From: an uncultured Alphaproteobacteria bacterium
Lineage (GTDB): Bacteria; Pseudomonadota; Alphaproteobacteria; Acetobacterales; Acetobacteraceae
Length of the DNA: 64,000 bases
Assembly (NCBI GenBank): GCA_963832895.1
Contig: CAWHVQ010000004.1
Coordinates: 89,507 to 153,506 of the forward strand
Reading direction: 5' to 3'
This document shows positions 38,978 to 46,334 of the stretch, piece by piece. Position 1 is the first letter of the stretch; the number at the start of each line of letters is the position of its first letter. Made by a program: the position numbers and the translations under genes. A model generated the notes under the pieces. That model saw only the letters and a program-made list of their open reading frames with translations. It did no database searches and had not been told where the DNA came from.

Positions 38978-39507
38978 CAAAGCCACGACTGGCCACGATG
39001 TGGCTCGACGGCTGTTCGGGCTGCCACATGTCGCTGCTCGATCTGGACGAGGCTCTCATTACCATCTCGCAGCGTGTCGACCTGGTTTACAGCCCGCTGG
39101 TTGACGCTCGCGAATATCCCCACGACGTCGATGTCGCTCTGGTCGAGGGGGCGGTCAGCACCGAGGAGGATCTGGAGAAGATCCGCCAGGTCCGCGAGCG
39201 CACGCGCATCCTGGTGGCACTCGGTGACTGTGCGACCACCGCCAACATCTCGGGCGCACGCAACCCGATCCCACTGAAAGACCTGTTCGAGAGCATCTAC
39301 GTGGCAGGCGCCGACGTGGACAAAGGCATCCCCGCTGACCCCGCACTTCCTGTGCTGTTGAAACACGCCGTTCCGCTGCACGACGTTGTCAAGATAGACC
39401 TGCACGTGCCGGGATGCCCGCCGTCCGCCCCAACGATCCTGTTCGTCCTCAACGAGCTTCTCGAGGGCCGCATCCCCGATCTCAGGGCCAGGACGCGCTT
39501 CGGCTGA
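38974..39507 (+). CDS. hoxY: [NiFe] hydrogenase small subunit HoxY
   Basis: WLDGCSGCHMSLLD, ALGDCA and VPGCPP. The ATG overlaps the hoxU stop (ATGA). Confidence 0.9.
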   Translation: MTKPRLATMWLDGCSGCHMSLLDLDEALITISQRVDLVYSPLVDAREYPHDVDVALVEGAVSTEEDLEKIRQVRERTRILVALGDCATTANISGARNPIPLKDLFESIYVAGADVDKGIPADPALPVLLKHAVPLHDVVKIDLHVPGCPPSAPTILFVLNELLEGRIPDLRARTRFG

Positions 39508-39517
39508 GGAGCCCACC

Positions 39518-40936
39518 ATGACGACCATTGTTATCGACCCGGTCACCCGCATCGAGGGCCACGCAAAGATCACCATTCACCTTGATGACAATGGCAAAGT
39601 CGTGGACACCGCCTTCCATGTCACTCAGCTTCGCGGGTTCGAAAAATTCTGCGAGGGACGGCCGTTCTATGAAATGCCGTCGATCACCGCACGCATCTGC
39701 GGCATCTGCCCGATCAGCCACCTGCTGACCTCGGCCAAGGCCTGTGAAGCCATCATGAGCGTGCGCATCCCGCCAACGGCGGCGAAGCTTCGCGAAATCA
39801 TGCATTGCGGGCAGGTTATCCAGTCCCACGCATTGAGCTTCTTCCATCTCTCGGCCCCCGACCTGCTGCTCGGCTTCAACTCCGATCCGACACGGCGAAA
39901 CCTGGTCGGCGTCATCGAAGACCATCCGCAGCTTGCCAAGGACGGGATCGCGCTGCGCAGATTCGGCCAGCAGGTTATCGCGGGCCTCGCAGGCGAGCGC
40001 ATCCATCCGTCATGGACAGTCCCCGGCGGCGTCAACGCGCCATTGGACCAAGCAGTCCGCGACCGCATCCTGGCCGCCGTGCCGGAGGCAAAGGCTCTGG
40101 CATTGCGCACTTTGGGCTTCTTCAAGGACGTGGTTGACCAGTTCGGCGATGAGATCGCTGTGTTCGGCTCGATGCCCACCATGTACGCCGGACTAGTCGA
40201 TGACCACGACAACATGCAGCTCTACGACGGCGGCCTGCGCTTCGTCGACGCCGAGGGCGAGACTGTGGTCGATCGCATGGCAGCCGAGGACTACCAGCAG
40301 TACATCGGCGAGGCGACGGTGCCACGGTCTTTCCTGAAGGCGCCATACTTCAAGCCGCGCGGCTATCCGGATGGGACGTACCGCGTCGGGCCTCTCGCAC
40401 GGCTGAATGTCGTGGCGCGCTGCGGCACCCAAGCGGCGGATGCCGAGTTCGCGGAGTACCACGAGAGATTCGGCAAGGTCGTGCAGAGCTCCTTCCACTT
40501 CCATTACGCGCGCCTGATCGAGATCCTCTACTGCATCGAGCGGATGGAGGCACTGCTGAACGATGCGGCGATCCTCGATCGCCATGTGCGCGCGCATGCC
40601 GGAGTGAACGCCTTGGAGGGCATCGGCATGGCCGAGGCACCGCGAGGCGTTCTGACGCATCACTACAAGGTTAACGAGGACGGCGCTATCGTCTGGGCAA
40701 ACCTCATCATCGCGACCGGGCACAACAATCTATCCATCGGCCGGAGCATCGGCCAAGTCAGTCGCCACTACATCGATGGCAAGCGGATTACCGACGGGAT
40801 GCTCAACCGCGTGCAGGCGGTGCTGCGGGCTTATGATCCATGCCTGAGTTGTTCAACGCATGCCGGCGGTCAGTATCCCGTGGAACTTCAGCTGCTGGAT
40901 GCCGACGGCACCATGTTGGATTCGGTTCGCACCTGA
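39518..40936 (+). CDS. hoxH: [NiFe] hydrogenase large subunit HoxH (group 3-like)
   Basis: N-terminus VTRIEGHAKI. L1 motif RICGICPISH. C-terminal L2 motif DPCLSCSTHA followed by a 22-aa extension, which is the expected protease substrate. Confidence 0.9.
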   Translation: MTTIVIDPVTRIEGHAKITIHLDDNGKVVDTAFHVTQLRGFEKFCEGRPFYEMPSITARICGICPISHLLTSAKACEAIMSVRIPPTAAKLREIMHCGQVIQSHALSFFHLSAPDLLLGFNSDPTRRNLVGVIEDHPQLAKDGIALRRFGQQVIAGLAGERIHPSWTVPGGVNAPLDQAVRDRILAAVPEAKALALRTLGFFKDVVDQFGDEIAVFGSMPTMYAGLVDDHDNMQLYDGGLRFVDAEGETVVDRMAAEDYQQYIGEATVPRSFLKAPYFKPRGYPDGTYRVGPLARLNVVARCGTQAADAEFAEYHERFGKVVQSSFHFHYARLIEILYCIERMEALLNDAAILDRHVRAHAGVNALEGIGMAEAPRGVLTHHYKVNEDGAIVWANLIIATGHNNLSIGRSIGQVSRHYIDGKRITDGMLNRVQAVLRAYDPCLSCSTHAGGQYPVELQLLDADGTMLDSVRT

Positions 40937-40944
40937 GTTCCCGG

Positions 40945-41388
40945 TCACTCGAGCACCAGTCGCCGCACCGTCGCGACCACCTCCGGCAGCGCGGAAGCGA
41001 CGGCGGCGGACAGTCCCTCTCGCAGCTCGAACGAACCGGCGCCAACTCTGACGAGGAATGCATCCGGAGTTCGACCATAAAGCTTGGTAGTTATGAACAG
41101 GAGCGTTCGCGGGTCAATGTGATGCGCCACGCCGGACGCCAGCGGTGCGGCCGGCACCGTCGCGACCACGATGGCGCCAGGCCGGAGGTCAACCGCGGCG
41201 TCGATGAAGACGACGCGATCCGCAACGCCGATGCGTTCGGCCAATTCCGGGGTGAGCTGGTGACACGCGATCACCTCGGCGCCTGCTATGGCAGCCTCAC
41301 CTGCAAGCGCCTGGGCAGCAGCCTGGCCCACTGCGTCGTCGCCGCGCAGCGTGTTGCCGTAGCCGATGACGAGCGCTTTCCGCGTCAC
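40945..41388 (-). CDS. hoxW: hydrogenase maturation endopeptidase (HoxW/HyaD family)
   Basis: GTG start. ALVIGYGNTLRGDDAVG...ACHQLTPELAE...VVFIDA is the family signature. Convergent with hoxH (8-nt gap) and 11 nt downstream of the SDR gene. Confidence 0.8.
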   Translation of the reverse strand: MTRKALVIGYGNTLRGDDAVGQAAAQALAGEAAIAGAEVIACHQLTPELAERIGVADRVVFIDAAVDLRPGAIVVATVPAAPLASGVAHHIDPRTLLFITTKLYGRTPDAFLVRVGAGSFELREGLSAAVASALPEVVATVRRLVLE

Positions 41389-41399
41389 CGGCGGTAGTC

Positions 41400-42224
41400 T
41401 CAGCTCTTCACCCCATAACGTTCCATGATCGGTGCCAGCAGCCCGCCGCCGCCGTTCATCGCCAGGTTGCCGCCATCCATCGGAATCGCCGCGCCGGTGA
41501 TCCAGTCGGCAGCATCCGACGCCAGCAGCACGGACAAACCCTTGATGTCGTCGGGTTGGCCGAAGCGTCCGGCCGGGATGCCGCGCAGAAACGTATCGCG
41601 CAGCCACGGATCGGCCGCCATGCGCGGCCCCAGCCCGTTGGCGCCGAGTACCTGCGCCGGCAGGATGCAGTTCACCCGCACGCCGCGCCCGACCCATTCG
41701 GTGCTCAGCTCGCGCGTCATCTGGATCACCGCCGCCATCGCCATGCCGTAGACCGATTGCGCCCGACCGAGCGATGACACGCCGGCGATCGAGCCGATGC
41801 TGATGATGCTGCCCTTGCCCTGCGCCAGCATCCGCCGGCCCGCAAGCTGGCAGGTATAGTAGCGACTGATCACCAGGTTGTGGAACGTGGCGTTGATATC
41901 CGCGAGCGTCATGTCCTCGGCCGCACCGGCCTTCGCCTCGCCGGCTACGTTGCCCAGGACGTCCACCCGCTTGAATTCGCGATCTACCGTGGCGAACACA
42001 CGGTCGATTTGATCGGTATCGGTCACGTCGCCGGCGATCGGCAATGCCTTGCGGCCGAGCTGGTGGATGGTGTGCGCTGTCGCATCGATGCCTGTCGCGT
42101 TGCGGTCCAGCAACACGAGGTCGGCGCCGGCCTCGGCCAACGCGAGTGCCATGGCGCGGCCCATGCCTTGCGCACTTCCGGTCACGACGGCGGTCCGGCC
42201 GGTCAGATCAAACAAGTTCGTCAT
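41400..42224 (-). CDS. SDR-family oxidoreductase (FabG-like)
   Basis: MTNLFDLTGRTAVVTGSAQGMGRA and YGMAMAAV (YxxxK-type region). 274 aa. Confidence 0.85.
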   Translation of the reverse strand: MTNLFDLTGRTAVVTGSAQGMGRAMALALAEAGADLVLLDRNATGIDATAHTIHQLGRKALPIAGDVTDTDQIDRVFATVDREFKRVDVLGNVAGEAKAGAAEDMTLADINATFHNLVISRYYTCQLAGRRMLAQGKGSIISIGSIAGVSSLGRAQSVYGMAMAAVIQMTRELSTEWVGRGVRVNCILPAQVLGANGLGPRMAADPWLRDTFLRGIPAGRFGQPDDIKGLSVLLASDAADWITGAAIPMDGGNLAMNGGGGLLAPIMERYGVKS

Positions 42225-42261
42225 TGGGTCATCTTGTTCCGCAGGTTTGCAGGAGAAGGTC

Positions 42262-42367
42262 ATTAAACGCAGATACAAGAAGATGCACGCGGATGCACGC
42301 GGATTGCCCTCGAGCGGGGGTTCGGCCTGCGGCTTGCGACGAACAATCTGCGTGTTTTGCGTGCATC
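42262..42367. repeat. palindromic intergenic repeat, copy 2 (rearranged/degenerate)
   Basis: It shares ATTAAACGCAGAT-(A)CAAGAAGATGCACGC with the copy-1 left arm and GCGTGTTTTGCGTGCATC with the copy-1 right arm. It has an internal tandem GATGCACGCG GATGCACGCG and an unrelated ~55-nt centre. Confidence 0.6.
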
Positions 42368-42396
42368 GGGTGCAAACGAAAAGTTGTCCATTTAGA

Positions 42397-43572
42397 CTAC
42401 GCCAGTGCGGCGACCGCAGCCGCAAAGCGCGTCACCTCGTCTTCGGTGTTGTAGTAGTGCACGGACGCGCGCACGAGATCGGGCAACCGGCGCGCCCGGG
42501 CATCGAGCAGCGTCGAACTCGGCGTCGACGTATGGCAATTCATACGTTGCTGACGCAGCGCGGCGACGAGTTCCCGCGCAGGCTTTCCCTCGGCCGTGAA
42601 GCTGACGATGCCACAGCGGCGGCGCCCGCGGTCGCGGACGCTGACACCAGGGATGTCCGCGAGCAGTCGCCGCAGTTCGCCGGCCAGTGTCTCGATGCGC
42701 ACGTAAATGTCCGCGAGACCCAAGTCGAGTGCGTAGTCGACTGCGGCGCCGAGGCCGAGCTGTGCGGCAACGTTGCGTTCCCAGTTCTCGAAGCGTCGGG
42801 CGTCGGGGCGCATCTCGTAGCGGTCAGGCTCGACCCAGCTCACCGCCTGAAGATCGAGAAACGGCGGCTCAAGGCCCTCGAGCACGGCGCGCCGCACGTA
42901 GAGGAAGCCAGTGCCGCGCGGCCCGCGCAGATACTTTCGCCCGGTCGTGGACAGCATGTCGCAGCCGATGGCGGCGACATCGATCGGCATCTGACCAACG
43001 GATTGGCAGGCGTCGAGCAGATAGAGGATGCGATGAGCGCGGGCGACGCGACCGACCGCCGTCGCCGGATTGACCAGCCCACCATTGGTCGGGACATGCG
43101 TGATGGCGATCAGCTTGACGCGCGGATCGATCATGCGCTCGAGCGCCTCGACATCGATTTCGCCGGCTGCATCGCTAGGCACAACGTCGACGACGGCGCC
43201 CGTGCGCCGGGCGACCTGCTCGAAGGCGATGTAGTTGCTGAGATATTCCGCTTCGGCGGTGAGGATGCGTTCGCCGGGTGCGAAACCGACGGAATAAAAC
43301 GCCATGTCCCAGGCCACGGTGGCGTTCTCGACCAGCGCGATCTCCGTCCGGTCGGCGTTCAGAAGTCGCGCGATCGAATCGTAGACCGCTTCGGCACAAT
43401 CGTCTTCTGTCGCGGCGGCCTCGTAGCCGCCGATCGCGGCCTCGAGCCGTAGGTGACGCAGCTGCGCCTGCAGCACCGGCTCCGGCATCAGTGCCGCGCC
43501 CGCATTGTTGAAATGCAGGATTTTGCCGGTCGCCGGCGTGTCCCGGCGCGCCCGCTCGATGTCGATGGGCAT
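42397..43572 (-). CDS. class V aminotransferase / cysteine-desulfurase-like PLP enzyme
   Basis: 391 aa. ...ITHVPTNGGLVNP..., and the PLP-Lys context STTGRKYLRGPRGTGFL. Confidence 0.85.
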   Translation of the reverse strand: MPIDIERARRDTPATGKILHFNNAGAALMPEPVLQAQLRHLRLEAAIGGYEAAATEDDCAEAVYDSIARLLNADRTEIALVENATVAWDMAFYSVGFAPGERILTAEAEYLSNYIAFEQVARRTGAVVDVVPSDAAGEIDVEALERMIDPRVKLIAITHVPTNGGLVNPATAVGRVARAHRILYLLDACQSVGQMPIDVAAIGCDMLSTTGRKYLRGPRGTGFLYVRRAVLEGLEPPFLDLQAVSWVEPDRYEMRPDARRFENWERNVAAQLGLGAAVDYALDLGLADIYVRIETLAGELRRLLADIPGVSVRDRGRRRCGIVSFTAEGKPARELVAALRQQRMNCHTSTPSSTLLDARARRLPDLVRASVHYYNTEDEVTRFAAAVAALA

Positions 43573-43736
43573 GGAAGGCTTCTCCGCATGCTGGCAGGAA
43601 ATCGCGCCTTGTCACGGTGGGGAGCGCGCGGTCTGGGTGTCAAGCACACTTCGGTCGATTGCTTTCGATGGCTGAGGGGTTACGCTCGTGCCCGCTGGAA
43701 GCGCCACCAGCCCTTCCAACAGCAATTGAGGTTGCC

Positions 43737-44345
43737 ATGCCCGAACCTGAACGCGTCGATCGGCGCCGTGCCGCACTGATTGCTTACGATGTCTGCCGGC
43801 GCGCGCTGACGCCGCCGGACCCTGCACGGAGAGCCACGATGCGCCCCGTGCTCGATGCCTGGGTGCAGATGATCGCGGCCGCGCGTGCGGTTGGCGTGCC
43901 GGTGATCTACACGACCCCCGTAAGCCGCGCCGATGGCGCAGACGTCGTCATGCTGCCGACCGATCTTTCGGCGGAAACCGGTGTGCCGCCACTTACCAAC
44001 GGTATCGAAGGCACGGCGGAGGCCGGTTTTCCCGACGAGATCGCGCCGCGGCCGGAGGACTATGTCTTCCTCAAACGCCGCCCGAGCGCGTTTTACGGAA
44101 CGGGCGTCGCCGAGCTCCTTCACATGCTGCGACGCGACATCATTATCATCGGCGGGGGCGCTACCAATCGCGGTGTCGAGACGAGCGTCCGCGAGGCATT
44201 CAATCTCGACATTGCGTCTGTCGTGGTGCGCGAGTGCTGCTGGGGCAGCGACACTGCCGCCCACGCCTACAGCCTGGACAAGGCGATGAAGATGTACGCG
44301 CGCATCCGGAGCCTCGAGCAGGTCGCGGCGATGCTGCGGGGGTGA
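43737..44345 (+). CDS. isochorismatase-family cysteine hydrolase
   Basis: RAALIAYDVC...PSAFYGTGVAELLHMLRRDIIIIGGGATNRGVETSVREAF. An intact paralogue of the remnant at 17963-18232. Confidence 0.85.
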   Translation: MPEPERVDRRRAALIAYDVCRRALTPPDPARRATMRPVLDAWVQMIAAARAVGVPVIYTTPVSRADGADVVMLPTDLSAETGVPPLTNGIEGTAEAGFPDEIAPRPEDYVFLKRRPSAFYGTGVAELLHMLRRDIIIIGGGATNRGVETSVREAFNLDIASVVVRECCWGSDTAAHAYSLDKAMKMYARIRSLEQVAAMLRG

Positions 44346-44505
44346 GGCGGTCCGGCCTGGCTCCCCGGCCGTCGCCTCTGTCAACCTGCGAAACCCGACG
44401 CGGCGCGGAGCGCTCGTAAGAGACGCTGGCAGAAGCGGCCACCTTCTTGCATGCTGCGGTGCAGCACGCCCGCACCGCAACGTTGCACAAACGAGATCCG
44501 ACACA

Positions 44506-45807
44506 ATGGCCAAGCGTCAGTTCCACCTCTCCTGGTTCCTCTCGCAGGGCTATGGTCCGAAGACCTGGCGAGGAAATTGGCCGGGCAGCGACGTGGCGCG
44601 CTGGATGATGCCCGATCTGTTTCTCGACCTCGCCCGCGGGCTGGAGCGTGCCTGCTTCGATTACCTCATCATCGAGGATTCCTCGATGGTGCCGTGTACG
44701 TTTCGGGACTCGCACGACACCTATCTGCGCTACGCCGCCAGCACGCCCAAGCTCGACCCGGCCGTGCTGGTCCCTTTCCTCGCGCAGGTTACCAGACACC
44801 TTGGGCTGATCCCGACGCTTTCGGTTACCGAGTACCCGCCTTTTCTGCTCGCCAGGCTGGTCAACTCGCTCGACCACGTGACCGAGGGGCGCATCGGCTG
44901 GAACTGCGTCACCAGCAGCAATGACGGCGCGGCGCAGAACTACGGCCATCTGCGCCAGCCGCCGCACGATGAGCGCTACGAACTCGCCGATGAATTCGCG
45001 GACCTGGTTACCAGGCTGTGGGACGCCTGGGAGCCTGAGGCCGTGGTGCTCGACCGTGACACGCCGATGTTCGCCGACGGGGGGAAGGTCCATCCGGTGA
45101 ATTTCGAGGGCAAGTACTTCCGCTGTCGCGGCCCGCTGAATGCACCTCGCTCGCCGCAGGGGCGTCCGCCGATCTGCCAGGCGGGTGGCTCGCAGCGCGG
45201 CCAGGAATTCGCCGCCCGTTGGGCCGATACAATCATCACCGATGCCGGCAGCGTCGAGGCCATGAAGGCCTATCGAGCCAACGTCCGTCGGCGTGCCGTT
45301 GCTGCCGGCCGCGACCCCGACGGGGTGAAGGTGCTTTTCCTGGCCTACCCGCTGGTCGACACGACGATGGAGGCCGCGCATGACCGGCGGCGCCTGATGC
45401 ATGAGGACGCCAACCGGCATCTCGACATGCAGCTCTCAACCATGTCGCGTCTGACCAACATCGACTTCTCGAAATTCGATCCGGACGAGCCGCTTCCCGA
45501 GTTGCACACCGATGGCCATCAGTCGTCGCTGGCCAAGTGGATCGGCAAGACGCCGCGCGAGGTCGCGGTGAGCCAGTCCACCAAAATGGGCATCGACTTC
45601 ACCGGAACGGTCGATCACGTGGCGGGCATGATGCAGGAGATCATGGAGGAAGTCGGCGGCGACGGGTTCCTGTTCTTCAATGCCTATTTCGACCGGCGCT
45701 ATATCATGGAGGTGTGTGACGGGCTGGTGCCGGCGTTGCAGCGCCGCGGACTGACGCGGACGCGCTACGCCCACAAGCACTTCAAGGACAACCTGATGGA
45801 ATTCTAA
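44506..45807 (+). CDS. LLM-class flavin-dependent monooxygenase (NtaA/SnaA/DszA family)
   Basis: MAKRQFHLSWFLSQGYGPKTWRG... is the typical family N-terminus. 433 aa. Confidence 0.9.
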   Translation: MAKRQFHLSWFLSQGYGPKTWRGNWPGSDVARWMMPDLFLDLARGLERACFDYLIIEDSSMVPCTFRDSHDTYLRYAASTPKLDPAVLVPFLAQVTRHLGLIPTLSVTEYPPFLLARLVNSLDHVTEGRIGWNCVTSSNDGAAQNYGHLRQPPHDERYELADEFADLVTRLWDAWEPEAVVLDRDTPMFADGGKVHPVNFEGKYFRCRGPLNAPRSPQGRPPICQAGGSQRGQEFAARWADTIITDAGSVEAMKAYRANVRRRAVAAGRDPDGVKVLFLAYPLVDTTMEAAHDRRRLMHEDANRHLDMQLSTMSRLTNIDFSKFDPDEPLPELHTDGHQSSLAKWIGKTPREVAVSQSTKMGIDFTGTVDHVAGMMQEIMEEVGGDGFLFFNAYFDRRYIMEVCDGLVPALQRRGLTRTRYAHKHFKDNLMEF

Positions 45808-45852
45808 ACCTGCGGGCTCGGCGCGGTTGCGCTGGCAGGGCTACGGGGCCTT

Positions 45853-46201
45853 TCAGTATCCAGGATAGCCATAGCCGTACGGCGCATAGTAGGGCGGAGG
45901 ATAGGTACGGAGGCGGATAGTAGACCGGCGGGGGGACGTAAACCGGCGGTGCCACCCCGACGAAGACTCCGCCGCGCCAGCAACAGCTCCAGCGGCCACC
46001 GTGCCATCCCCAGTTGCCGCCATTCCAGCCGCCGCCATGCCAAGCACCGCCGCCATGCCAAGCACCGCCACCGTGCCAGCCACCTCCACCACCACCATGC
46101 CAGCCGCCATGCCAGTCGGCACGTGCGAGCGGCGCCGTGAGGATCAGCAGGCCGACAACAGCGAAAACGGCACCCGCGATGCGGATCGGATTGCGTCGCA
46201 T
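45853..46201 (-). pseudogene. secreted Gly/His/Trp- and Pro/Tyr-rich repeat protein, +1 frameshift at GTAC 45905-45908
   Basis: AAGGAG-N7-ATG. Signal peptide MRRNPIRIAGAVFAVVGLLILTAPLARA, then (WHGGG[A])n, then PPVYVPPPVYYPPPY. Deleting one C from sense CCGTACCTATCC restores ...PPPY|YPPPYYAPYGYGYPGY-stop. Confidence 0.7.
46017..46110. repeat. degenerate 15-18-bp tandem repeats inside the Gly/His-rich gene
   Basis: GCCGCCATGCCAAGCACC occurs twice perfectly (46031-46048 and 46049-46066), flanked by diverged units (GCCACCGTGCCAGCCACC and others). The units encode WHGGGA. Confidence 0.7.
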
Positions 46202-46334
46202 GACGGACAACTCCTTTGGCGGCGCGGAGTCTTGCCGAACATGGCGGCAGAGTTGTGGCGGAGGTGCCCTTCGCTCGATCGTCAGGCAGCACTCCGGGCC
46301 ATTGGTGAGATGGCGCGGCGCACCGTTCACGGGG

